A stretch of DNA of 64,000 nt from Flavobacterium sp. UBA7680 (lineage in GTDB: Bacteria; Bacteroidota; Bacteroidia; Flavobacteriales; Flavobacteriaceae): positions 254,546 through 318,545 of the forward strand of contig NZ_DLHA01000050.1 of assembly GCF_002482975.1 (NCBI RefSeq), given 5' to 3'. Under the pieces are notes generated by a model that worked only from the letters and a program-made list of their open reading frames with translations, did no database searches and had not been told where the DNA came from. Both the position numbers and the translations under genes were made by a program. Positions 37,444 through 46,382 of this stretch are shown here, one piece after another. Within the stretch, counting starts at the first letter, position 1; every line of letters begins with the position of its first letter.

Positions 37444-38703
37444 ATGGAGATTAGTATTATAATATTATGTTTAATACTATCAGCTTTTTTTTCAGGAATG
37501 GAAATAGCTTTTATTTCCTCAAACAAAATTTATCTTGAAATTGAAAAAAAACAAGATAATTTTCTATCTCAAATTTTAACCAAACTTACTCAAAATCCTT
37601 CAAAATTTATTGCTTCAATGCTTATTGGGAACAATGTAGCACTTGTAGTTTATGGATTTTATATGGGAGATGTTGTGCTTCATTGGATAATTGGTCTAGG
37701 ATTCCAATTCTCTTATTTAACAACAATCCTGGTCCAGACTTTAATTTCAACTTTTATAGTTTTAATCACAGCTGAATTTTTTCCTAAGGTATTTTTTCAA
37801 ATTTATGCCAATTCATTAATTAAGTTTTTTGCAGTTCCGGCCTATCTTTTCTACCGACTCTTTTATTATATCTCAACCTTTTTTATCTGGATTTCAGATT
37901 TTGTTTTGAAGAAATTTTTCAAGACAGAAGGCGATCAGGTGCAGCTGTATTTCAGTAAAATTGAGCTTGGTAATTATATTACAGAACAAATGAATTCTGT
38001 TGAAGATGATGACGAAGTCGATTCAGAAATACAGATTTTTCAGAACGCGTTAGAATTTTCCGGAGTAAAGGCGCGCGATATTATGACTCCGCGTACGGAA
38101 ATTGTTTCGATAGATTTATTTGAAACCGTTTCAGATCTAAAAGAACTTTTTATTGAAACAGGATATTCTAAGATCGTTGTAAGTCAAAATTCTCTCGATG
38201 ATATTGTTGGATATGTGCATTCATTTGATTTGTTTAAAAAGCCAAAAACTATAAAATCGGTTTTAATGACCGTTGAATTTGTACCGCAAACCATTTTAAT
38301 TAAAGATGCTTTAGATCTTTTAATTAAAAAGCGAAAAAATGTTGCTGTAGTTTTAGATGAATACGGAGGAACTTCGGGAATTATAACCATAGAAGATATA
38401 GTCGAAGAGCTTTTTGGAGAAATCGAAGACGAACACGATTTAGACGAAGAATTGATTGAACAGGAATTAGGAGAGGGTAAGTATTTGTTTTCGACACGAT
38501 TAGATGTAGAGTATTTAAACGAAACCTATAAATTGATGATTCCTGAGGAAGATTCTTACGGAACATTAGGAGGATTTATTGTAAATTCGACCAAAGAAAT
38601 TCCGCAAAAGGGCGAAAAGATTGTTATTGACAGGTATCATTTCGTGATAGAACAGGCGTCAAACAACAAAATTGAATTGGTCAGATTGACAATAAAAGAG
38701 TGA
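37444..38703 (+). CDS. CNNM/HlyC-CorC family membrane protein (DUF21 + CBS pair + CorC_HlyC)
   Basis: It has an N-terminal 4-TM DUF21-like region, a CBS-pair region (ARDIMTPRTEIVSID ... VAVVLDEYGGTSGIITIEDIVEELFGEIEDEHD) and a C-terminal transporter-associated domain. Confidence 0.8.
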   Translation: MEISIIILCLILSAFFSGMEIAFISSNKIYLEIEKKQDNFLSQILTKLTQNPSKFIASMLIGNNVALVVYGFYMGDVVLHWIIGLGFQFSYLTTILVQTLISTFIVLITAEFFPKVFFQIYANSLIKFFAVPAYLFYRLFYYISTFFIWISDFVLKKFFKTEGDQVQLYFSKIELGNYITEQMNSVEDDDEVDSEIQIFQNALEFSGVKARDIMTPRTEIVSIDLFETVSDLKELFIETGYSKIVVSQNSLDDIVGYVHSFDLFKKPKTIKSVLMTVEFVPQTILIKDALDLLIKKRKNVAVVLDEYGGTSGIITIEDIVEELFGEIEDEHDLDEELIEQELGEGKYLFSTRLDVEYLNETYKLMIPEEDSYGTLGGFIVNSTKEIPQKGEKIVIDRYHFVIEQASNNKIELVRLTIKE

Positions 38704-38811
38704 ATTTTTAAAGAATTAAAAAAAATTGTGTAAAATAAAACGCTAGTTGTATTGTTATTAACTAGATAATTGTATTTTCGCAAACTGAATATAAAATTAA
38801 CGATAATTAAA

Positions 38812-40920
38812 ATGGCAGTTTTAGCAAAAATTAGACAGCGTTCAGCTCTATTGATAGGTGTTATTGCACTTGCATTATTTGCATTTATAATACAAGATTT
38901 ATTTACTAGAGGAACATTTGGTCAAAGTTCAAAAGATGTAGGAAGCATCGATGGAAAAGATATTTCATTTGAAGACTTTAGAGTTAAAGTTAGTGATATT
39001 GAAAAAAGTGGTCAAGGAATTACTTCCACTGAAGCTGCAAACAGAGTTTGGGATCGAGAAGTTTCAATCGCGTTATTATCAACTCAGTTTGATAAATTAG
39101 GATTGAGAGTTGGTGAAAAACACTTAATTGAAGTTTTAAAAGCAGATCCAAACATTGGAAAAGCTCCTATGTTTTTAAACGCGGCAGGAATGTTTGATGT
39201 TACAAAGTTTAAAGACTATATCAAAACAAACCCTGATGCGGCTCAATTTATTACTGCAAAAGAAAAAGATGCTGAATTAAACGCAAAATTTCAAATTTAC
39301 AATACTTTAATAAAATCTGGACTTTATACAACTGCTAGTGAAGGAAAGCTGAAGTATGAAATGGAAGCTAACAAAGTAAACTTTGCTTACGCCGGAGCTT
39401 TATATTCTTCTATTAAAGATAGTGAAGTAAAAATTTCTGATTCAGAAATCGTAGATTATATGAAGAAAAACGAGAAAAAATTCAAAGCAGAAGATACTCG
39501 TGAAATTCAATACGTTTTAGTTGAAGACAAGCCTTCAAAAGAAGACGAAGCTGAAATTAAAGCTAAAATTACTGGTCTTTTAAAAGGTAGTACAAAATAT
39601 AACGAAGTAACAAAACAAACTGATTCTGTACCAGGTTTTAGAAATGCAACAAATATTGCTGAATTCGTAAACGCAAATTCTGACGTTCCTTACGATTCTA
39701 CATATGTTGCTAAAAATGCTTTACCTGCTGTAGATGCTGATAAATTATTCAGCTTGCCAGCTGGAGCAATTTATGGTCCTTATGTATACGGAAAATATTA
39801 TGCAATCTCTAAATCTTTAGGATTTAGAGCTGGAGTTAATGCAAAAGCGAGTCAAATCGTAATTGCTTATGAAGGTTCTCAAACTCAAAATCCAAAAGAA
39901 AAAAGAACTAAAGAAGAAGCAAAAGCTAAAGCGGAAGAAATTTTAGCTCAGGCTCAATCTAATCCTGATAGTTTCATGATGCTTGCTTTTACAAACTCTG
40001 ATGATGCATCTGCACAACAAGGAGGTGATGTTGGTTACTTTAGTCAAAATCAATTGCCGCCAGCATTAAAACCATTTAGTGATTTTGTATTCAGTAATGG
40101 AATTGGAAAAGTTGGTTTAGTAGAAACTCCACTAGGTTTCCACATTATCAAAATTACTGACAAACAAGACGGAATTCGTTTAGCTACAATCGCTCAAAAA
40201 ATTGAGCCTTCTGAAGCTACTTCTGATAAAGTATTTACATTAGCTACTAAATTCGAAATGGAAGCTGCAGACAAAGATTTTGCTGCTACTGCTAAAGAAT
40301 TAGGTTTAAAAGTTGCTGCTCCAATATCTGCAAGAGCTATGGATGAGCAATTTGGACCATTAGGAAACCAAAGAAACATTGTAAGATGGGCATTTGATAA
40401 AGAAACTAATACAGGAGATGTAAAACGTTTTGAAATCGCTAACGTTGGGCACGTAATTGCTCAATACAAAAGTGAAAACAAATCAGGTTTAGTTTCTGTC
40501 ACTATGGCAAGACCTTACGTTGAGCCAATCTTGAAAAACAAGAAAAAAGCTGAAATCTTAAAAGGTAAATTGACAGGATCAACTATCGAAGCTATTGCAA
40601 AAAGCGCTGGTGTAGCAGTACAACAAGCGACAAACGTAACTCTTGAAAACCCGGTTTTACCTGGTGGAGTTGGACAAGAGCCAAAAGTAGTAGGAAATGC
40701 ATTTGCATTAGCTGCAAACAAAATCTCTGCTCCAATTGAAGGAAACACTGGAGTTTATGTAGTGAAAAACATTAGCACAGTAAAAGCTCCTGCAATTGCA
40801 AATCATGCTGAATATGTTGCTAAAGTAAAAGCTCAAAGCGCATCAGATGCAAGCAGAATTTTACCAACGTTGAAAAACAATGCTAAAATTGAAGACAACA
40901 GATTACAATTCAACTACTAG
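38812..40920 (+). CDS. PpiD/SurA-like periplasmic peptidyl-prolyl isomerase/chaperone
   Basis: It has an N-terminal membrane anchor (MAVLAKIRQRSALLIGVIALALFAFII) and a parvulin-like block GGDVGYFSQNQLPPALKPFSDFVF...GFHIIKI. I chose the ATG at 38812 over the track's TTG at 38770. Confidence 0.75.
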   Translation: MAVLAKIRQRSALLIGVIALALFAFIIQDLFTRGTFGQSSKDVGSIDGKDISFEDFRVKVSDIEKSGQGITSTEAANRVWDREVSIALLSTQFDKLGLRVGEKHLIEVLKADPNIGKAPMFLNAAGMFDVTKFKDYIKTNPDAAQFITAKEKDAELNAKFQIYNTLIKSGLYTTASEGKLKYEMEANKVNFAYAGALYSSIKDSEVKISDSEIVDYMKKNEKKFKAEDTREIQYVLVEDKPSKEDEAEIKAKITGLLKGSTKYNEVTKQTDSVPGFRNATNIAEFVNANSDVPYDSTYVAKNALPAVDADKLFSLPAGAIYGPYVYGKYYAISKSLGFRAGVNAKASQIVIAYEGSQTQNPKEKRTKEEAKAKAEEILAQAQSNPDSFMMLAFTNSDDASAQQGGDVGYFSQNQLPPALKPFSDFVFSNGIGKVGLVETPLGFHIIKITDKQDGIRLATIAQKIEPSEATSDKVFTLATKFEMEAADKDFAATAKELGLKVAAPISARAMDEQFGPLGNQRNIVRWAFDKETNTGDVKRFEIANVGHVIAQYKSENKSGLVSVTMARPYVEPILKNKKKAEILKGKLTGSTIEAIAKSAGVAVQQATNVTLENPVLPGGVGQEPKVVGNAFALAANKISAPIEGNTGVYVVKNISTVKAPAIANHAEYVAKVKAQSASDASRILPTLKNNAKIEDNRLQFNY

Positions 40921-40941
40921 TTTAGTAAAATAAATTATATA

Positions 40942-40987
40942 GAAAACCCGAAACGTTCAATTGAATGTTTCGGGTTTTCTTTTTTTA
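40942..40987 (+). terminator. Rho-independent terminator after the ppiD-like gene
   Basis: A 16-bp stem (aaaacccgaaacgttc/gaatgtttcgggtttt, one G-U pair) is followed by CTTTTTTT. Confidence 0.8.
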
Positions 40988-41202
40988 ATATTTTCTCATA
41001 ACTATTTTGTAGTAAATACTTTATGTGTTTTTCTTAACTATATGGGAATAATCGAAATATAACTTAAAAAATTTGTGATATTCAAATTATTACAGTTAAT
41101 TTGTCGGAATTTTTATTGTAACGAGGTATACTTTATTTGCCAAATTGTAAATAAAAACTGAAATAGAATGATAAACAAATACTTTAAAAATTGGGGCGTT
41201 TA

Positions 41203-41643
41203 ATGTTTATGTTTAATCTACTGAGAAGAAAACCTAAAGTTTATTCCAAAATTGAAAATCATATTTTTGGAATAATTACGGAACTTCTAAAAGTGAGCAG
41301 TACCGACATCAATGTTGATGAATTAGGAGGCAAGTATTATTTGAGCAATGAAGAACAGCATTTTAAAGTTACTATATTAAGTAACGACTATGTGATCAGG
41401 CTTACTAATACTCGCGATTCTGTGGCTGAAAAGTACGATAAACTTTTTGTTGAAGATGTTTTAAAAGCTGTAAAAGAAGAAAAACATCGCAGAATGGAAT
41501 TGGTTTATGATTCTATTACGAATAGTATAGAAAAAATGGCCGAACGTCTGCACAACACACTTATCGAATCGAACGAACAGGAAAACGAAAAAGTGCGGCG
41601 TCTGGAAGCAGAACACGTTAGTGATCAGAAAGTAAATTTTTAA
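41203..41643 (+). CDS. Hypothetical cytoplasmic protein (orphan, coiled-coil-like C-terminus)
   Basis: The ORF is intact from the ATG at 41203. It has no signal peptide or TM segment, and I recognise no motif. Confidence 0.35.
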   Translation: MFMFNLLRRKPKVYSKIENHIFGIITELLKVSSTDINVDELGGKYYLSNEEQHFKVTILSNDYVIRLTNTRDSVAEKYDKLFVEDVLKAVKEEKHRRMELVYDSITNSIEKMAERLHNTLIESNEQENEKVRRLEAEHVSDQKVNF

Positions 41644-41664
41644 TTTACTTCTTTGATCAAACCA

Positions 41665-42579
41665 TTACTCTTGTAAAATCATTTCGTCATACGTTAGTAT
41701 TGTGTCATAACCTTTTGATGCAAAATATTCTCTTGGATTTTCTTTAGAAATCACCATTACAAAATCGCCGCCCCAAGCACCAAGACTCTTAACGGTACCA
41801 TTAAAATCAGGAAAAGCGATTTCTTTGATCGTTTTTATTTCCATGATATTACTTAAATGGATCTCATGTTTTTCGACTGCATGTGCAAATTCCTTTAGAG
41901 ATTTAGCATTTAAAATGGCATGAGTTATTTTATTGTTTTCAATAACACTTTTAGCTAAATTTTGCTGTTTGTGCTTGTTGTAAGCATGTATTGCAGTTTT
42001 ACTGTTTTGTTTTTTATTAAGATAAACAAAGAAAATATTTGTTGTAAACTCCGGATTAAAAATAACTGGCTCAACAAAATTATTTTCTATTCTATATAAA
42101 ATAGGAGTGTTGTTTTGTGCACAGGCAATATCGTAACCGCTTCCTCCAAAACTGTTTCTAAGCAGCGTAAAGGCATTAATATTAGTCCACTGGGCAATAT
42201 TGTTAATTAAAGTAGATGACGTTCCTAGCCCCCAGTTTCTTGGAAAAGTAAGATTCGTTGTTACTTTATATCCTTTTGACTGTTGAATAAATTCTGGATT
42301 TAAAACGTAGGCTTCGTGAAGTATATTAATTAAGGTTGTTTTTACAGTTTCAATTTCAGAAACAATATTATTTATGACTTCTTCAAATGAAATAGTAGTT
42401 TCAAACCAAAGCTTGTTATCATAGTCGTAACTTTTCCATTCTATTATTTGGTTTTCGCCATCTTCTACAACTAAATTTTGACCAAATTTTGTTGGTAATG
42501 CAAAGGCATCTGCGCCATCTAAAACTAAATATTCTCCAGAGATGAATAGTTTTCCGTTACTATAAAAGGTTGTTTTCAT
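41665..42579 (-). CDS. GHMP-family kinase of the GYDIA type (candidate phosphomevalonate kinase)
   Basis: It has the GHMP motif PRNWGLGTSSTL and the diagnostic GGSGYDIA. It is adjacent to the HMG-CoA reductase gene. Confidence 0.7.
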   Translation of the reverse strand: MKTTFYSNGKLFISGEYLVLDGADAFALPTKFGQNLVVEDGENQIIEWKSYDYDNKLWFETTISFEEVINNIVSEIETVKTTLINILHEAYVLNPEFIQQSKGYKVTTNLTFPRNWGLGTSSTLINNIAQWTNINAFTLLRNSFGGSGYDIACAQNNTPILYRIENNFVEPVIFNPEFTTNIFFVYLNKKQNSKTAIHAYNKHKQQNLAKSVIENNKITHAILNAKSLKEFAHAVEKHEIHLSNIMEIKTIKEIAFPDFNGTVKSLGAWGGDFVMVISKENPREYFASKGYDTILTYDEMILQE

Positions 42580-42678
42580 ACTTCAGTTTTAAAAAAAAAT
42601 CCAATATTTTAAACTCCAAATTCCAATTATCTTTTGAATTTGTAATTTTACTTAAAGACTATAATTTTTTTGGAATTT

Positions 42679-43995
42679 TTATTTATTTCTTAAACTTTCA
42701 ATAAATTCAACTACAGCACTGTGCGAGACTGTGTTTTTCTTAAAATGTACTTTAATTAAATGACGTTCTTCGTCTGTAGCTTCAAATTGATTTATGATAT
42801 TATTTAGGTGCATTTTCATGTGTCCTTCCTGAATTCCTGTTGTAGTTAAAGAACGCAGTGCAGCAAAGTTTTGTGCTAAACCGGCAACCGCAGTTATTTC
42901 CATTAATTCTCTTGCAGAAGGTTTTTCAAGTATTTCTAAACATAATTTTACCAGAGGATGTAATGAAGTTAATCCGCCAACTGTTCCTAAAGCTAGAGGA
43001 ATTTCAAGCCAGAAAGTAAAAATTCCGTTTTCGATTTTCGCATGAGATAAACTTGCGTATTGTCCGTTTTTTGAAGCATAAGCATGAACTCCGGCTTCTA
43101 CGGCTCTAAAATCATTTCCTGTTGCTAAAACTACAGCATCAATACCATTCATGATGCCTTTATTGTGGGTTACGGCTCTAAAAGGTTCTACTTCAGCAAT
43201 TTGAACAGCCTGAACAAAACGTTCTGCAAATTCCTGCGGATTTGTAATATGTTTTTCGGCTAATTCTTCAATTGGGCAGGAAACTTCGGCTCTTACAAGA
43301 CAATTCGGAACATAATTAGACAAAATACTCATAATTACAGTCAGCGCATCTTCTTCAGAAAATAAATCAGAACTTTGAAATTCTTCTTTTAAAGTCGTTG
43401 CAAATTGCTCTAAACACGAATTAATAAAATTCGCACCCATGCTGTCTTTCGTTTCAAAAGTGGCGTGAAGCTGATAGTAATTCTCTAATAAATTTCGTTT
43501 ATCCTTTAAGAGGATGTCTAAAATTCCGCCGCCGCGTTCCTGCATGTTTTTAGTGATGCTTTGCGTTTCAGAAAAGAATTTAGGTTTTATTTGTTCAAAA
43601 AAGGATTGCAGTTTTTCGGCATCACCATTAAAAGTAAAATGAACCTGACCAATTTTTTCAGTATCAATTATCGTGGCTTTAAAACCTCCGCGTGTAGTCC
43701 AGAATTTTGCGGCTTTTGATGCTGCGGCAACAACAGAACTTTCTTCGATTGCCATTGGGATTGTTTTATACTTTCCGTTGATTAAAAAATTAGGAGCAAC
43801 TCCAAGCGGAATATATAAATTGGTGATTGTATTCTCAATAAATTCATCATGTAGCTGTTGGAGCTTTTCATCTGAATTCCAGTAATTTCTTATAATACTC
43901 AAGGCTTCATCAGGAGCCGAAAAATATTCGTTGGCAATCCAGTTAATTTTTTCTTTTTTGGATAATTTCGAAAATCCGGCAACAGCGTTGTTCAT
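42679..43995 (-). CDS. HMG-CoA reductase, class II
   Basis: About 438 aa with EESSVVAAASKAAK, DSMGAN and GTVGG motifs. I chose the ATG at 43995 over the track's TTG at 44001. Confidence 0.85.
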   Translation of the reverse strand: MNNAVAGFSKLSKKEKINWIANEYFSAPDEALSIIRNYWNSDEKLQQLHDEFIENTITNLYIPLGVAPNFLINGKYKTIPMAIEESSVVAAASKAAKFWTTRGGFKATIIDTEKIGQVHFTFNGDAEKLQSFFEQIKPKFFSETQSITKNMQERGGGILDILLKDKRNLLENYYQLHATFETKDSMGANFINSCLEQFATTLKEEFQSSDLFSEEDALTVIMSILSNYVPNCLVRAEVSCPIEELAEKHITNPQEFAERFVQAVQIAEVEPFRAVTHNKGIMNGIDAVVLATGNDFRAVEAGVHAYASKNGQYASLSHAKIENGIFTFWLEIPLALGTVGGLTSLHPLVKLCLEILEKPSARELMEITAVAGLAQNFAALRSLTTTGIQEGHMKMHLNNIINQFEATDEERHLIKVHFKKNTVSHSAVVEFIESLRNK

Positions 43996-44024
43996 TCTCA
44001 ATATATTAAATAATAATGTTGCTG

Positions 44025-44032
44025 CAAAGATA
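44025..44032 (-). promoter_or_regulatory. Possible -7 box (TATCTTTG on minus strand) for the HMG-CoA reductase gene
   Basis: It matches TAnnTTTG and lies 30 nt upstream of the ATG at 43995. No -33 TTG sits at the canonical spacing. Confidence 0.3.
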
Positions 44033-44175
44033 CTATTTTAAGAGTTTTGATTGTAATCTATTTCAAACATGGAAGTACGCAATCGTTATTTTTTTTAACA
44101 TTTAACACTTAAAATGTGTATTATGTTTATTTTTTTCACTAAAATTGGGCTCTTTTTATATTTAAAATAATTCTA

Positions 44176-46347
44176 ATGAATACAAGTAAAATTACTGTAG
44201 TACTTTTATTTATAGTTGCGTCGGTTTTTGGGCAGCAAAAAATAACGGTCGAAAATATTTATGGTGGTGCATTTCGGGCAAAAGGAATGGACGAATTGCA
44301 ATCTTTAAAGAATACAAATCAATATACGGTTCTAAATGTTGATCAGGCAAGCCGGACAATGCAAATTGATTTATATGATTTTGCAACACTAAAAAAAGTA
44401 TCGAACCTTATTGATACTAAAAACCACAAAGAACTCTCAGACGGAATTGACAGCTACATCTTCGATGCTTCAGAAAAAAAGATTTTAATTGCTTGTAATT
44501 CAAAACAAATCTTTCGTCACTCTTTTACAGCAGATTATTTTTTATACGATATCGCTTCAAAATCTCTAACGAAACTTTTTGATTTTCAAATTCAAGAGCC
44601 AACTTTTTCTCCAGATGGAACTAAGATTGCTTATGCTAAAGAAAACAATTTATATGTTTATGATGTAGCTTCAAAAAAATCAACAGCGGTTACTACTGAC
44701 GGAAAGAAAAACGCAGTCATTAATGGTATTACGGACTGGGTTTATGAAGAAGAATTTGCTTTTGTCCGCGCATTTGACTGGAGTAAAGACAGTAAAAAAC
44801 TAGCTTACATTCGTTTTGACGAAAGCCAGGTTCCTGAGTTTTCAATGTCAATCTTCAAAAAAGATTTATATCCAACAATCGAAACGTTTAAATATCCTAA
44901 AGCCGGAGAAAAAAATTCTGTAGTTTCATTACACATTTATGATGCAGCAGGAAATGCTTCTAAAAAAGTAAATTTAGGAAATTATAATGATTTCTACATT
45001 GCAAGAATGCAATGGACAAACGATAATAATACATTGTCTGCACAGGTTTTAAACCGTCACCAGGATAATCTTGATTTATTATTTATTGACGGAACAACAG
45101 CTGCGGCAAAAGTAGTTTTGAATGAAAAAGATAAAGCTTACGTAGATGTTACAGATAATTTAACTTTCTTAAAAGATAACAGTTTTATCTGGACAAGTGA
45201 AAAAGATGGTTTCAATCATATTTATGTTTATGATAAAACCGGAAAACTTAAAAATCAGGTTACAAAAGGAAACTGGGAAGTGGTATCTTACTACGGTTTC
45301 GACGAAAAAACAAAAACTATTTTCTACCAATCTACAGAAAATGGTTCTATCAACAGAGATATTTACAGAATTGGTTTAGACGGAAAAAATAAAACCCGTT
45401 TAACTACAAAAGTGGGAACAAGCGCGGCAACTTTCAGCCCGAATTTCCAATATTTTATTACAACATTCTCAAGTAATTTAGTGCCTACAACATATACTTT
45501 AAACGAGGCAAAAACAGGAAAAGAAATTCAGGTTATAGAAAACAATCAGGCTCTTGCTGATAAATTAAAAGCATATAACCTTCCTGCAAAAGAATTCTTT
45601 GTTTTAAAAACAGCAAAAGGAAACGAATTAAATGCATGGATTTTAAAACCAAAAGATTTTGATCCATCTAAAAAATACCCTGTTTTTATGTACCAATATT
45701 CTGGTCCGGGATCACAGCAGGTAAACAACGATTGGAACAACAGCGATGATTACTGGTTTTTATCTCTTACTCAGCAAGGTTACATTGTAGCTTGTGTTGA
45801 CGGAAGAGGAACTGGTTTTAAAGGTGCTGATTTCAAAAAAGTGACACAAAAAGAATTAGGGAAATACGAAGTTGAAGATCAAATTGATGCAGCAAAAGTA
45901 ATTGGTGCGTATCCTTATGTTGATGCTTCAAGAATTGGAATTTTCGGATGGAGTTATGGAGGTTTTATGTCTTCTAACTGTATTTTTCAAGGAAATGATG
46001 TATTTAAAATGGCAATCGCTGTTGCGCCGGTTACAAACTGGAGATTTTATGACAGTGTTTATACAGAAAGATACATGCAGACGCCTGAGGAAAATGCAAG
46101 CGGATACGATCAAAACTCTCCTATAAACCATGTTGATAAATTAAAAGGTAAGTTTTTATTGATTCACGGTTCTGGTGATGACAACGTTCATGTGCAAAAC
46201 TCAATGCAAATGATGGAAGCATTAATTCAGGCTAATAAGCAATTTGAATCTCAAATATATCCAGATAAAAACCACGGTATTTATGGCGGAAAAACGAGAA
46301 TTCAGCTTTACAATAAGATGACTAATTTCATCAAAGAAAATTTATAA
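44176..46347 (+). CDS. Dipeptidyl-peptidase IV (S9B prolyl dipeptidyl peptidase), secreted
   Basis: It has a signal peptide, a beta-propeller N-terminal region (WVYEEEF), the catalytic GWSYGG and later GSGDDNVH. 723 aa. Confidence 0.85.
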   Translation: MNTSKITVVLLFIVASVFGQQKITVENIYGGAFRAKGMDELQSLKNTNQYTVLNVDQASRTMQIDLYDFATLKKVSNLIDTKNHKELSDGIDSYIFDASEKKILIACNSKQIFRHSFTADYFLYDIASKSLTKLFDFQIQEPTFSPDGTKIAYAKENNLYVYDVASKKSTAVTTDGKKNAVINGITDWVYEEEFAFVRAFDWSKDSKKLAYIRFDESQVPEFSMSIFKKDLYPTIETFKYPKAGEKNSVVSLHIYDAAGNASKKVNLGNYNDFYIARMQWTNDNNTLSAQVLNRHQDNLDLLFIDGTTAAAKVVLNEKDKAYVDVTDNLTFLKDNSFIWTSEKDGFNHIYVYDKTGKLKNQVTKGNWEVVSYYGFDEKTKTIFYQSTENGSINRDIYRIGLDGKNKTRLTTKVGTSAATFSPNFQYFITTFSSNLVPTTYTLNEAKTGKEIQVIENNQALADKLKAYNLPAKEFFVLKTAKGNELNAWILKPKDFDPSKKYPVFMYQYSGPGSQQVNNDWNNSDDYWFLSLTQQGYIVACVDGRGTGFKGADFKKVTQKELGKYEVEDQIDAAKVIGAYPYVDASRIGIFGWSYGGFMSSNCIFQGNDVFKMAIAVAPVTNWRFYDSVYTERYMQTPEENASGYDQNSPINHVDKLKGKFLLIHGSGDDNVHVQNSMQMMEALIQANKQFESQIYPDKNHGIYGGKTRIQLYNKMTNFIKENL

Positions 46348-46382
46348 TTTAAAAGATATTAACCTTAAATATAGTGAATAAT

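Noticed and set aside
37444-38703. Possible identity with the gliding-motility protein GldE
   Set aside because: GldE is a CNNM/CBS-type protein, but as I recall it is co-transcribed with gldD. No gldD-like gene follows here (the next gene is ppiD-like), so only the generic family call is justified.
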